A stretch of DNA of 64,000 bases from Methanothrix sp. (GCA_037128175.1 JBAXWY010000003.1:1-64000), one strand, 5' to 3'. Numbered from the stretch's first letter, positions 20,824-31,175 are shown. Notes: generated by a model not told the origin, from the letters alone. Made by a program: numbers and translations.

Positions 20824-21096
20824 ATGGCTGAGACAAGAAATTTCGCCCTCAGGGACGAAAAAGGCAATGAGATCGGTGTCTTTACGGGAAAGCAACCAAG
20901 ACAAGCAGCCTTGAAAGCGGCCAACAGAGGCATCACGGATATACGGCTCAGGGAGCGCGGCACAAAAAAGGTGCATATCTTCACTGGGGAAAGGGTTCAG
21001 GTAACGAAGCCCAAAGGAGCGCCTACCTGGATGCCGGATAAGATCTGGAAGCCAAAGGTAAAGAAAATGGGCGTCGAGAAGCTGGAAGAGCTATAG
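20824..21096 (+). CDS. non-histone chromosomal protein MC1
   Basis: RNFALRD..GNE.GVFTGKQPRQAALKAA and IRLRERGTKKVH.F motifs. Confidence 0.95.
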   Translation: MAETRNFALRDEKGNEIGVFTGKQPRQAALKAANRGITDIRLRERGTKKVHIFTGERVQVTKPKGAPTWMPDKIWKPKVKKMGVEKLEEL

Positions 21097-21185
21097 AAAT
21101 GCATTTTTCTCCCGAACAATGAGTTTTGTCCGGCTTGATCTGTCAGGCGAACATATCTCATTGCGTCTCTTATTTTATTCTGGCA

Positions 21186-23819
21186 TCATTCGCCAAACCT
21201 AACAATGAACCAGGTCTTCACGACCTGGGTCAGAATCACATAGCACACCAACATAATTGCCAGTAGCAGCCAATACAGGGGTGGCAGCGAGACAAATCCC
21301 AGCATGTCGGCTAAAGGCGAAACAGTTAGCCACGCGCCCACTGCGACTATGATCAGCGAAGAGGCGATTAGCGGCCAGCTAGCCCGGCTTTGGATGAATG
21401 GGATCTTATTGGTGCGGATGACGTGAATTATCAACGTCTGGGTAAAGAGCGACTCGACGAACCATCCGGTGTGGAACAGAGCCGGATCGGTCCAAGCATT
21501 GAACAGGTAGAGCATGATGAAGAACGTCAGATAATCGAAGATCGAGCTGATGGGTCCGATAAACAAAATGAAACGCTGAATTTCGTCAATCGCCCACTTG
21601 CGCGGCTTTGTCAGCCATTCGGCATCAACTTCGTCGGTGGGGATGGCGGTCTGGGAAAAATCGTATAGCAGATTGTTTGTCAGCACCTGGATAGGTAGCA
21701 TGGGCAGGAACGGCAGGAAGGCACTGGCCCCCACAACGCTGAACATGTTGCCGAAGTTGGAAGAAGCCGCCATCTTGATGTACTTGATGATGTTGCCGAA
21801 CACGCGTCGTCCTTCCATCACACCTTGCTCCAGGATCAACAGATTGTTTTCCAGCAGAATGATGTCGGATGACTCCTTGGCGATGTCAACCGCACTATCG
21901 ACAGAAATGCCCACATCGGCTGCTTTCAATGCAGGAGCATCGTTGATGCCGTCTCCCATAAAGCCCACCACGTGACCAATGCTTTGCAACGCTCGGACGA
22001 CGCGCTCCTTGTGTGCAGGGACAAGTCTTGCAAAGACGCGAGTTATGCTGACTGCTTTTGCGAGTTGAGCCTCGTCCATAGCCTCTATTTGGGAGCCAAG
22101 CAGAAGATTCTCCACCGGCATGCCCACTTGCTTGCAGATGTAGGCAGTGATGATTTCATTATCACCAGTCAGGATTTTGACATCCACGTTCAGTCCATGA
22201 AGCCGTCTCAATGCCTCAGCGGCGGTGTCTTTGGGCGGATCGAGGAAGGCTAGGAAACCCTGCAAAATCAGGTCCGATTCATCCTTGACCGAGTATTTCG
22301 GCTCATCCGTCGCCCCCGGCATCTGCTTATAACCTATGGCGATCACTCGGAAGCCTTCGGCATTCAGTTTGCTTACCATCTGCCGGCTTATCGCATCGTA
22401 TTCAGGCGACTTGCCGACGACCTCGCCATTGATTTCCACCCGGCTGCATTGGCTCATCACTTCATCCATGGCGCCTTTACAGATGAGCGTGTTCAACCCG
22501 GTTTCATCTTCGATCACCACCGACATCCTGCGCCGAACAAAATCGAATGGGATCTCATCGATCTTATGGTACTTTTCTTTGGCTTTCAGGCGTTCTTCTA
22601 GCTCCTCGTGATCGAGAATCGCCTCGTCGAGCAGGTTCTTTAGACCGGTATGGTGGTAGCTGTTCAGGTAGCCATAGTGCAGCACCTTCTCGCTGGTCTC
22701 GCCGCGCACGTCCAGGTGCTTTTCCAGCACGATTTTTCCTTCCGTGATGGTGCCGGTTTTATCGGTGCACAAGACATCCATGGCGCCAAAATTTTGGATA
22801 GCGTTCAGGCGTTTAACGATCACTTTCTTGCGTGCCATCGTGAGAGCGCCCTGGGATAGATTGACCGTCACGATCATGGGCAACATCTCGGGGGTTAGCC
22901 CAACTGCCACTGCTGTTGCAAACAGGAAAGCTTCGACCCAATTATGTCTGGTCAGTCCGTTGATAAGGAAGACGACCGGTACCATCACGGCGATAAAGCG
23001 GATCATCAGCCAGGTGAACTTGTTAATGCCCTTGTCGAAGCTGGTGAGCACGCGCTGCCCGATTATACTGGTAGCCAGAGATCCAAAATAAGTCCGATCT
23101 CCGGTATGCACCACTACGGCCGTCGCGGTCCCGCTCTCTACGTTTGAACCAAGGAAGCAGATGTTGGGCAGCTCCAGAGGATTCTGAATATCGGCAGAAG
23201 CGATGTCGGCTTTTTTCTCCACGGGCAAGGATTCACCGGTGAGGGTCGACTGATTCAGAAACAAGTCCTTGGCAGAAAGCACCCGAACGTCGGCAGGTAC
23301 CATATCACCGGCAGCCAGCCGAATGATATCGCCTGGCACCAACATCTTGAGCGCCACTTCTGCTTCCAAGCCATCGCGTACTAACGTCGCCGTGTTGCTG
23401 ACCATTGCTTTGAGCTTTTCAGCGGCGTTGTCGGCACGCATCTCCTGATAGAAACGCAGCACCACGCCCAGTACTACCATAAAAAAAATGACTACCGTCG
23501 CTCGCAGGTCACCGGTCAGATAAGAAATCACGCCCAAGGCCGTAAGCAGGATGACCAGTGGATTTTTGATGTTATTCAACAAACGCATCATTACGCCTTG
23601 ACGCTTCTCTCGCGCAATCTCGTTCAGACCGTACTGTTTTAAACGAGAATCGGCATCCTTCTGGCTCAAGCCGTCCAACCGCGATTCTAGCTCCGTGAGG
23701 ACGGTATCAATATCAACGCGCGCCTTTTCCTGTAATTGAGCGGAAACTTTTGCCTCGTTTCCGCCAGCTAGATTAACTGGCCGCGGAGATAAATTAGGGT
23801 TGGTCTTTGAAGGTTCCAT
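21186..23819 (-). CDS. mgtA: magnesium-translocating P-type ATPase
   Basis: TGES, GLTPEMLP, DKTGT, PFDF.RRRMS, GDGINDAP, SSNFGN and NLLYD; GAGGTG SD. Confidence 0.93.
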   Translation of the reverse strand: MEPSKTNPNLSPRPVNLAGGNEAKVSAQLQEKARVDIDTVLTELESRLDGLSQKDADSRLKQYGLNEIAREKRQGVMMRLLNNIKNPLVILLTALGVISYLTGDLRATVVIFFMVVLGVVLRFYQEMRADNAAEKLKAMVSNTATLVRDGLEAEVALKMLVPGDIIRLAAGDMVPADVRVLSAKDLFLNQSTLTGESLPVEKKADIASADIQNPLELPNICFLGSNVESGTATAVVVHTGDRTYFGSLATSIIGQRVLTSFDKGINKFTWLMIRFIAVMVPVVFLINGLTRHNWVEAFLFATAVAVGLTPEMLPMIVTVNLSQGALTMARKKVIVKRLNAIQNFGAMDVLCTDKTGTITEGKIVLEKHLDVRGETSEKVLHYGYLNSYHHTGLKNLLDEAILDHEELEERLKAKEKYHKIDEIPFDFVRRRMSVVIEDETGLNTLICKGAMDEVMSQCSRVEINGEVVGKSPEYDAISRQMVSKLNAEGFRVIAIGYKQMPGATDEPKYSVKDESDLILQGFLAFLDPPKDTAAEALRRLHGLNVDVKILTGDNEIITAYICKQVGMPVENLLLGSQIEAMDEAQLAKAVSITRVFARLVPAHKERVVRALQSIGHVVGFMGDGINDAPALKAADVGISVDSAVDIAKESSDIILLENNLLILEQGVMEGRRVFGNIIKYIKMAASSNFGNMFSVVGASAFLPFLPMLPIQVLTNNLLYDFSQTAIPTDEVDAEWLTKPRKWAIDEIQRFILFIGPISSIFDYLTFFIMLYLFNAWTDPALFHTGWFVESLFTQTLIIHVIRTNKIPFIQSRASWPLIASSLIIVAVGAWLTVSPLADMLGFVSLPPLYWLLLAIMLVCYVILTQVVKTWFIVRFGE

Positions 23820-24002
23820 TAAACACCTCACGAGCGTGGCCTCTTGGTCGTTGTAGAGATTAATCTCGAATCAATGAGTACACATCTTCCGTCTGCTACT
23901 GGGTCATATCTGATATATACAGCATACCCAACCAAACAAAAAGTTTGCGATGATATGTTCTTGTAGCCGCAATCTATATCAATTTTGACATAGACGGGTG
24001 GC

Positions 24003-24245
24003 ATGGTAACTATGGCAAAAGACAACAAGACGAGCAAGGGTCCCAAAGATCGCAACAGCAATTATCAAATGAAAAACGGCAATCCTGTCTCCAAGAAAAA
24101 GGATAAGAAATCCAATGCTTCCAAGCCCAAAGAGACGAAATCTGCTGCCCAGACAAAGCCTACGGAGCCTAAGAGCTTCATTTCAGGCATTTCCAGCAGC
24201 ATTTCCAATGCCACAAACAGCATAAGCAAAATGTTCAAACACTGA
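24003..24245 (+). CDS. small Lys/Ser-rich hypothetical protein
   Basis: 80-aa ORF with GGGTGG SD; low complexity. Confidence 0.5.
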   Translation: MVTMAKDNKTSKGPKDRNSNYQMKNGNPVSKKKDKKSNASKPKETKSAAQTKPTEPKSFISGISSSISNATNSISKMFKH

Positions 24246-24332
24246 AATATATTAAGAATAGATCGGTCCGGCACAACAGAACGACTTGCGCCGGAAAAAA
24301 AGATTTTTTGGGCGATTTAGATAGATTAAAGC

Positions 24333-25241
24333 CTATCCCTGTTCCTTGGTTCTGCTCTGGAACTCCTGCTGCACATCGCATCCCAGCTTTCCAATGGCAT
24401 CTGAGCGACACTGCCGGCAATGTTTCATCTGCTTGATGATCTTGCCCAATTCTTCCTGGATATTTCTTTTCTCCTCAGGCGAGGGGGGCTTGATGTGGGC
24501 AAACTTGTACTGGGGAATGAGAGGCATGACATTATGGATATAGACACCCATAGACTTGATCTTGCGGGCTATGTCAAAGACATGTTTGTCGTTGATGCCT
24601 GGAATGAGGACGGTATTAACCTTCACGATCTTTTTTAGCTTGAGGGCCTCTTCTATGCCTTTGAGCTGGTGGTCGCGAAGGATTGTTGCCGCCTCCAGAC
24701 CCTCGTATCTCTTGCCCTGATAAGTCACATATTCGTAAATCTGCTGGCCAATCTCCGGATCTATGGCATTCATAGTAACTGTGATGTTGGAGACGCCTAA
24801 AGCATCCAGCTCCTTGATCCTGTCCGGCAGAAGCAGGCCATTGGTGCTGAGGCAGAGAATGACGCCCGGATATTTTTCGCCCACCAGGCGCAGCGTCTCA
24901 AATGTCTCCTCATTGGCCAGAGGCTCTCCGGGACCAGCTATTGCCACGACTTTGATGTAGTGATATTTCTCCAATACCTGATCCACGCGCTCCAGCGCTT
25001 CCTCTGGTTTCAGAACTTGAGACGTCACCCCTGGCCGGGACTCATTAACGCAGTCGAAGTCCCGTACACAGTACTTGCACTGGATGTTGCACTTGGGGGC
25101 CACCGCCAGGTGCATTCTGCCAAAGGCATGGCAGGCCTTCTCACTGAAGCATGGATGCTCCTGGATCCGTCTGAGCTGATCCGGGTCGTATGGAATATCC
25201 TTTCCACCGACATTGGCAACGGGAAAAGTCTCTTCGCTCAT
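24333..25241 (-). CDS. nifB: NifB-type radical SAM protein (methanogen form, no NifX domain)
   Basis: HPC, RMHLAVAPKCNIQCKYC, ESRPGV, AGPGEPL, and HCRQCRSDAIG. Confidence 0.9.
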   Translation of the reverse strand: MSEETFPVANVGGKDIPYDPDQLRRIQEHPCFSEKACHAFGRMHLAVAPKCNIQCKYCVRDFDCVNESRPGVTSQVLKPEEALERVDQVLEKYHYIKVVAIAGPGEPLANEETFETLRLVGEKYPGVILCLSTNGLLLPDRIKELDALGVSNITVTMNAIDPEIGQQIYEYVTYQGKRYEGLEAATILRDHQLKGIEEALKLKKIVKVNTVLIPGINDKHVFDIARKIKSMGVYIHNVMPLIPQYKFAHIKPPSPEEKRNIQEELGKIIKQMKHCRQCRSDAIGKLGCDVQQEFQSRTKEQG

Positions 25242-25346
25242 TATTGAAAACTCCACTGTTGTACTGACTATGAAATATGGCTCAACATGGCTAAAGACTT
25301 TTCGTGCCGGAGAATACTTTAATCATGCGGAGCAAGACCTTGGTCT

Positions 25347-25649
25347 ATGCCCGAGAAGGACAAGCTTGTCATATGGCCCATCTACTTCGACGCGGACCGT
25401 TCCCGGTCGGAAGGCAGAATGGTTTCCCATCAAGATGCCGTCAATGAGCCCAATCTGGATATGTTGATCACAGCCTCACTGAAATCCGGTTTCAAGCCGG
25501 AGATTGAACGCGAAAAGAAGCACCCTAAGACCTGGCACCAGGAAGAGGCTTCCGGGAGAATACTGGTTGCCAAAACAGGTCCCAAATCCGCCGTCTTAAA
25601 GAGAATCGCCGGCTCCATGAAGGCAAAATACAAGAAGAAGAGCCACTGA
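25347..25649 (+). CDS. srp19: signal recognition particle protein SRP19
   Basis: VIWP.YFD...SRSEGR, K.HP..W and GRILV motifs. Confidence 0.92.
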   Translation: MPEKDKLVIWPIYFDADRSRSEGRMVSHQDAVNEPNLDMLITASLKSGFKPEIEREKKHPKTWHQEEASGRILVAKTGPKSAVLKRIAGSMKAKYKKKSH

Positions 25650-25650
25650 T

Positions 25651-26289
25651 ATGATCGATCTGCATACTCACACCATTTTCAGCGATGGCGAACTCATTCC
25701 CTCCGAGCTGGTACGCCGGGCGGAGGTTTTAGGATACACGGCCATCGGCATAACCGATCATGCGGACTATACCAATATCGAGCACATCTTAGCCTGTGTC
25801 TCGAAAGTCAAATACCTGGAAGACGTATTGGATATCAGAGTCCTGGTGGGAGTTGAGTTGACCCATGTGCCCCCCCAGAAAATCGGGCCGCTGGCAGCGC
25901 TGGCCCGTAGGCTAGGGGCAGAGATCGTGGTTGTGCACGGGGAGACGCCTGTGGAGCCGGTCCGGCCAGGAACAAACCGGGCAGCTCTGGAAGCAAGAGT
26001 GGACATCCTGGCTCACCCCGGCTTCATCACCCAGGAAGAGGCAGAGCTGGCCCGCGAGAACAATGTCTGCCTGGAGATCACATCACGCTCTGGCCACAAT
26101 ATCACCAACGGCCATGTGGTGCGCATGGCAAAGCTGGCCGGGGCAAAAATGGTGGTGGATACCGACAGCCACGCCCCCCGAGATCTCATAAACAGCGAGC
26201 GCGCCATAGAGATCGCTGTTGGTGCAGGCCTAACTCTGCAAGGGGCTACAGCCATAGTAAGAGAGCACGCCATCATCAAAAGGGGTTGA
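25651..26289 (+). CDS. PHP-domain (histidinol-phosphatase-like) protein
   Basis: DLHTHT..SDG, ITDH, GVELTH, VVHGET, LAHPG and TDSH. Confidence 0.9.
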   Translation: MIDLHTHTIFSDGELIPSELVRRAEVLGYTAIGITDHADYTNIEHILACVSKVKYLEDVLDIRVLVGVELTHVPPQKIGPLAALARRLGAEIVVVHGETPVEPVRPGTNRAALEARVDILAHPGFITQEEAELARENNVCLEITSRSGHNITNGHVVRMAKLAGAKMVVDTDSHAPRDLINSERAIEIAVGAGLTLQGATAIVREHAIIKRG

Positions 26290-26293
26290 ATAG

Positions 26294-26683
26294 ATAGACA
26301 TCCTGGCAATTGATATTTCCGGCCGGCATGCCGTGAATGGCAGATATAAGATGGTATGCGCTGTCGTCTCCGCCCGCATATCGCCCAATTTTATTGAAAG
26401 AATTCACTCTGTGAGGCTGGTACCTCATGTGGCCAGGGCGTTAGACTTCAATGTTGTAGCCGACTTCATAAGCAGGGCTTGCATGTGCCTTCCCGGAACA
26501 ATCGTCGCCGAATCCGGAGACCTCTACAACCTGGAGATCTGGAGGGTGAAAAGCGTCCTGGGCAGGGACTTCAAGTATCCTGAGACCATCGCGGAGAGGA
26601 CGGCGATTGAAATGGCTCATCATACCTCGGTGGCGGGACGAAGGCTTATCATTGATGCACGCGAAGATGATACCAATGAATGA
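26294..26683 (+). CDS. DUF2209 family protein (apparent ATA start)
   Basis: The conserved N-terminal (M)DILAIDISGRH lies upstream of the track's GTG start; E.AHH.S...R at the C-terminus. Confidence 0.7.
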   Translation: MDILAIDISGRHAVNGRYKMVCAVVSARISPNFIERIHSVRLVPHVARALDFNVVADFISRACMCLPGTIVAESGDLYNLEIWRVKSVLGRDFKYPETIAERTAIEMAHHTSVAGRRLIIDAREDDTNE

Positions 26684-27917
26684 AGAAAAGACCGCCGTCC
26701 TGCTTATACGAGAGAATCCGATCAAGTCACCAGACCCCTACAAAATAAAAGAGCTGCGGGGCCTGGCAGACGCAGCCGGATATCGGGTTTTGGCGGAGGT
26801 TTTCCAGCGTAGGAGCCGGGACTTTCGCTTCCAGATGGGAAGGGTAAAGATCGAACAGGCCTTGAGCTACAATCCAGAAAAACTGATTTTTTACAATGCA
26901 CTCAGCCCTAACCAGGTCTTCAACATAAGAAGCGAGTTTTCCGCCCAGGTGCTGGACAGGTTCAATCTCATTTTAGAGATCTTTTCCACCCGAGCCTCCA
27001 CCCGCGAGGCCAAACTACAGGTGGAACTGGCAAAGCTCAGCTATGATGCGCCCCAGGTAAAAAGTGCCCTCGCCCTGAAAAAGCGCGGCGAGCAGCCGGG
27101 CTTTCGCGGCGCCGGCGCTTATGAGCAATCCATGTACCACGACATCCGGGGAAGAATGTCCAAGATCAAGGCCGAGCTTAAGGATGTGGAGAACATGGGC
27201 GAGGACAGACGGCAGAGGCGCAGGGAGCAGGGCTTTGATCTGGTGGCCCTGGCCGGTTACACCAACGCCGGCAAGTCCACGTTGCTCAATGCCCTCACCG
27301 GCTCCGAGGTAGAAGCTAAGGACCAGCCATTTACCACTCTTTCGCCCACTACCCGGGCACTGGAGGTTTTGGGCAGAAAGGTCCTTCTCACAGACACCGT
27401 AGGTTTTATCGACGATCTGCCCCACTTCCTCATCAAGGCCTTCCGTTCCACTCTTTCCGAGATCTCGGAGGCCGATCTGGTGCTCCTCGTGGCGGACGCT
27501 AGCGATCCGCCTGAATTGTTGCGGCGCAAATTGGCGGCCTCCCACAAGGCACTTTTTGACTGCGAGGTTACTGCACCCATAGTGACCGTCCTGAACAAGG
27601 CGGACCGGCTGGAAGAGGGCAAAGCGGAAGAATTGGTGGAGCTGATCCGAGATTTGGCTCCCTATCCTGTTTTGGCCTCGGCGATTACCGGCCAGGGCCT
27701 GGGAGTTCTGGAAGAGTGCATCGCTCAGCGTCTGCAGCCGTTGCAGGAGTATAAGATCAGTCTGCCTTACACGGCGCAGGGCCTCTCCGAGCTTTCCCGG
27801 CTCTACGAGACGACCGAGCTGTTGTCCGTAAGCTATGAGGAGGAGCTGATTGTCCGGCTGCGTGGAAAAGAGGAGACGGTAGCCAGGGCCGGGCTATCAG
27901 GAGCGCGCCGGCTGTGA
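26676..27917 (+). CDS. hflX: GTPase HflX
   Basis: DR..LILEIF..RA...EAKLQVELA, GYTNAGKSTL, DTVGFI and NKAD. Confidence 0.95.
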   Translation: MNEEKTAVLLIRENPIKSPDPYKIKELRGLADAAGYRVLAEVFQRRSRDFRFQMGRVKIEQALSYNPEKLIFYNALSPNQVFNIRSEFSAQVLDRFNLILEIFSTRASTREAKLQVELAKLSYDAPQVKSALALKKRGEQPGFRGAGAYEQSMYHDIRGRMSKIKAELKDVENMGEDRRQRRREQGFDLVALAGYTNAGKSTLLNALTGSEVEAKDQPFTTLSPTTRALEVLGRKVLLTDTVGFIDDLPHFLIKAFRSTLSEISEADLVLLVADASDPPELLRRKLAASHKALFDCEVTAPIVTVLNKADRLEEGKAEELVELIRDLAPYPVLASAITGQGLGVLEECIAQRLQPLQEYKISLPYTAQGLSELSRLYETTELLSVSYEEELIVRLRGKEETVARAGLSGARRL

Positions 27918-27923
27918 GCAGCC

Positions 27924-28646
27924 ATGCCTGAAATTTTGCGGGAGCATTTCCAGCTCAAAGAGACCATTGTCACCATTTTTGCCCGCGAGATATGTCACAT
28001 AGATGCGGCCCGAGAATCCATAAGAGAGCAGCGCGCCTATCTGGAGGATTTTATAAGTAGAGATCCCTTCTTTCAGATAACCTTAGAGCCTTACGACCTT
28101 GTGTATGACGACGCCCCGCGAATCGTCCAGCAGATGATAGAGAAGAGCGCCGTCTTTGGCATCGGCCCCATGGCTGCAGTAGCCGGTGCCATTGCCGGAA
28201 ATGCCTTGCAGGCCATGATGGATGAGGGAGCCACTTACGCCGTGGTGGATAACGGCGGGGATATCTGCATCTTAAATGATCTGCCCATAGTAGTAGGAAT
28301 ATATGCAGGCAGCTCGCCCATCCGTAACCTGGCCTTCCAGCTTCCGGCCCGGCGGGCGCCGCTGGGCATCTGCACCAGCTCGGGCAGCGTGGGGCCATCC
28401 ATCTCCTTTGGCTTTGCTGATGCGGCGGTGGTGATATCAGAGGATGTGGCTCTGGCAGACGCGGCGGCCACGGCTCTGGGAAATGCCGTAACGGCAGAGG
28501 GACCGCTGGAGGAGTGCTTCCAGGCCATTGATCAACGGGGAATCGAAGGCGCCCTGGTCATACGGGGCGAAAGAATGGCACTGTGGAAGGAGCTGCCCCC
28601 CCTGCGGCGCGCCCGGGTGGGAGCGGATAGGATAACGAGGGAATAG
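27924..28646 (+). CDS. UPF0280 family (ApbE-like) protein
   Basis: GPMAAVAGAIA, DNGGDI, GICTSSG.VG.SISFG.AD and ADAAATA.GN. Confidence 0.9.
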   Translation: MPEILREHFQLKETIVTIFAREICHIDAARESIREQRAYLEDFISRDPFFQITLEPYDLVYDDAPRIVQQMIEKSAVFGIGPMAAVAGAIAGNALQAMMDEGATYAVVDNGGDICILNDLPIVVGIYAGSSPIRNLAFQLPARRAPLGICTSSGSVGPSISFGFADAAVVISEDVALADAAATALGNAVTAEGPLEECFQAIDQRGIEGALVIRGERMALWKELPPLRRARVGADRITRE

Positions 28647-28712
28647 AGAATAGATATAATAATGCGCTGCGCATTCCAGATTGACAATTAGAAGTTCGCA
28701 AGAAGGGCAAAA

Positions 28713-29891
28713 ATGATGAGACAAAAGTTAAAGCAAAAAAGGCCTTTTCACGTCATGATCATCCCCACCTTAGGCTGTCCTTCCAAATGCGCCTACTGCT
28801 GGAGTTCAGAGGTGGGATCCCCCGTAATGAGCATAGAGACCGTTAAGGATACCGTGGCCTGGCTCAAGGACTTTCGCAGCGATCCCGTCACTTTCACATT
28901 TCATGGCGGCGAGCCTCTGCTTGCGGGAGCCGATTTCTACAGGCAGGCTCTTCCCCTGCTTACCGATGAGCTCCAGCATCTTGAGCCCAACTTTGCTCTG
29001 CAGACCAACCTCTGGAAGCTGACACCAGAATTGGCAGACGTCCTGGCCCAGTACAGCATCCCCATCGGCTCCAGCCTGGACGGGCCCCAGGAGCTCAATG
29101 ACCTGCAACGATCGGAGGGCTACTACGAGAAGACCATGCGAGGCTATGAGCTGGCTAAAGAGCATGGCTTGCAGGTGCAGTTCATATGCACTTTTACCTC
29201 CCACTCTGTGCAGTTCAAAGAAGATATATTCAATTTTTTCCTGGAAAACGGCTTGACGCTCAAGCTGCATCCCGCATTGCCGTCTCTACGAAGCAACGAG
29301 CCGGACAAGTGGGCGCTCTCACCAGAAAAGTATGGGGAGCTGCTGGTCTACCTGCTGGACAAGTACCTGGAAAATATGAATCAGATAGAGGTCAGAAACA
29401 TCAACGACTACTGCCGATGCGTCTTCACCGGGCGGGGTACGGTGTGCACCTTTGTGGATTGCATGGAGAATACCTTTGCCGTAGGCCCGGATGGCAGCAT
29501 CTATCCATGCTATCGCTTCGTGGGCATGCCGGAGTACGTCATGGGCCATGTGCGAGATCGGCCCAGCCAGAAGGATCTGGCAGAGTCAGGGCCGGGTGTG
29601 CGCATGCGAGCCTTCAAGGAGTATGTGGACATAGAATGTAAGGGCTGCAAGCATATCCGCTACTGCCGGGGAGGCTGCCCCTACAATGCCATAGCGCCCA
29701 CAAACGGCGAGATTAAAGGCGTCGATCCCCATTGCATTGCCTATCAGAGGATCTTCGATGAGATCGCTGACCGCTTCAACCAGGAGATGATGGGATCCCT
29801 GGGCCTGGGAATGATTGATCCAGGATCGCAGAAGGGCAATAATTCCCGGCCCGGAATTATGTCTCTAATGCAAAAGATGATAGCAAAATAG
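28713..29891 (+). CDS. TIGR04083-type putative peptide-modifying radical SAM/SPASM enzyme
   Basis: FHVMIIPTLGCPSKCAYCWSS, FHGGEPL, SPASM cysteines YPCYRF and CxxC....CRGGCPYN. Confidence 0.85.
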   Translation: MMRQKLKQKRPFHVMIIPTLGCPSKCAYCWSSEVGSPVMSIETVKDTVAWLKDFRSDPVTFTFHGGEPLLAGADFYRQALPLLTDELQHLEPNFALQTNLWKLTPELADVLAQYSIPIGSSLDGPQELNDLQRSEGYYEKTMRGYELAKEHGLQVQFICTFTSHSVQFKEDIFNFFLENGLTLKLHPALPSLRSNEPDKWALSPEKYGELLVYLLDKYLENMNQIEVRNINDYCRCVFTGRGTVCTFVDCMENTFAVGPDGSIYPCYRFVGMPEYVMGHVRDRPSQKDLAESGPGVRMRAFKEYVDIECKGCKHIRYCRGGCPYNAIAPTNGEIKGVDPHCIAYQRIFDEIADRFNQEMMGSLGLGMIDPGSQKGNNSRPGIMSLMQKMIAK

Positions 29892-30023
29892 AATTTCTAT
29901 ATTTTTTGATCTAAAAAAATAACATTCGTGGCATCTCCTGGTTTTTGCACGCATTTCGCACTCTTACCTGGATATGCAGGTTTGCTGAAGTTGTTCTTTA
30001 TAAAACTGACTCGTATCACCTTT

Positions 30024-30392
30024 TTACGGCGTTAACCAGAGACCATTCTGGTATACTCTCATGGACGAGCTTGCCCTTACATAATTCATAGTTTCTGTCC
30101 AGTTCTTTTGGAAAGACCCCTTCTGCATCCCGGCTAATGAACTCAATCTGAAGTCCGAATAATAGGGTGTTGGGTTATAAGGAAATACTCCAAAAGGTCC
30201 TGGATAATAAAATCCACCTTCCATCCAGTTTGTCGGGTACTTTGAGCCCATGTTGGGGCTAATCCAATCTCCGCCAGATCCCATTGAGCTGCCACGCGAG
30301 CCGAGACCCAGGGGGTCCTGTGCGAATGCCGAAACTGCAAGGCAGACGAGCACCATCATACACAAAAAAATTTTGCTAGATTTCATTTTCAT
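30024..30392 (-). CDS. hypothetical exported protein
   Basis: Signal peptide MKMKSSKIFLCM nearly identical to that of the upstream gene. Confidence 0.7.
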   Translation of the reverse strand: MKMKSSKIFLCMMVLVCLAVSAFAQDPLGLGSRGSSMGSGGDWISPNMGSKYPTNWMEGGFYYPGPFGVFPYNPTPYYSDFRLSSLAGMQKGSFQKNWTETMNYVRASSSMRVYQNGLWLTP

Positions 30393-30443
30393 ATCTACTA
30401 CCTACCATCAATCTCATATTTCTGTTTCAATGATGCATTAGCA

Positions 30444-31175
30444 CTAGGACATTGCATGTTCTATCGTCGTTGACCCTGTTTGAGCCGGAGATAGCACATC
30501 CACAATGACTACATTGCTGGGCTGGCTGTTTACCACAAAGTAAAGCATATGTCTTCCAACCTCGTCGGCTTTGAAGTTCATGGTGTTATATCCTTCGTTG
30601 AACTGATAAGTCTTGTACTTAGAACTTGTTGTGTCTGTCTGGATCGTCTCATAGAAGCCTGCCGGCCCTTCAACGGGTGCGTAGGCGATTAGCTGTAACC
30701 AGGTTCCAACGGGACCTACCACATACTGGGTCCAGTTTGTTGCACCTTGGATCCAGAGGTCGTTGGTCTTGTTCGGCACTACGGATGCGTACTGGTTGAA
30801 TGGCAACCCTACACCGGCACCATAGAACACACTGGATGGTGTTTTCTGCGTTATGTCGAACCTGGTAGGATTGCTTATTATCCCACCCACCACAGGCGTA
30901 CCGGTGGTTGTATAATACTCTCTGAAGGGAGAGAACGTGGTGTCGGGAACCGCTTGCTTATAAAAGGTAAGATCCGCACTGTACCAGGGTAAGTTGGAGA
31001 CAGGCGCATCGAGCCAGTGCAACATGCTAGCTATCCCTGGGTCCGACATTGAACGGTCATGGCTTCCAACGTATCCTCCTCCCAAATAGTCTGCTCCCCA
31101 CGCAATGCCAATCAGCAGACACACGGCGAGCGCTGCCATACACAGCAAAATTTTGCTATATTTCATTTTAAACAC
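30444..31175 (-). CDS. hypothetical exported protein
   Basis: Signal peptide; C-terminal LWIQG...WTQY..P.G...F.AD..GRH.L..V...PSN..IVDV domain; AGGT SD. Confidence 0.75.
   Translation of the reverse strand: MFKMKYSKILLCMAALAVCLLIGIAWGADYLGGGYVGSHDRSMSDPGIASMLHWLDAPVSNLPWYSADLTFYKQAVPDTTFSPFREYYTTTGTPVVGGIISNPTRFDITQKTPSSVFYGAGVGLPFNQYASVVPNKTNDLWIQGATNWTQYVVGPVGTWLQLIAYAPVEGPAGFYETIQTDTTSSKYKTYQFNEGYNTMNFKADEVGRHMLYFVVNSQPSNVVIVDVLSPAQTGSTTIEHAMS

Noticed and set aside
23820-24000. M-box riboswitch or mgtL-like leader upstream of mgtA
   Set aside because: No M-box consensus motifs and no Pro-rich leader ORF recognised.
24333-25241. Nitrogen-fixation cluster (nifB plus NifX-like genes)
   Set aside because: No nifH/D/K/E/N in the window; solo NifB and NifX-like domains are widespread in methanogens.
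29895-30020. Possible precursor peptide ORF downstream of the TIGR04083 radical SAM
   Set aside because: Only a ~40-codon opposite-strand ORF with one Cys; not a convincing substrate.
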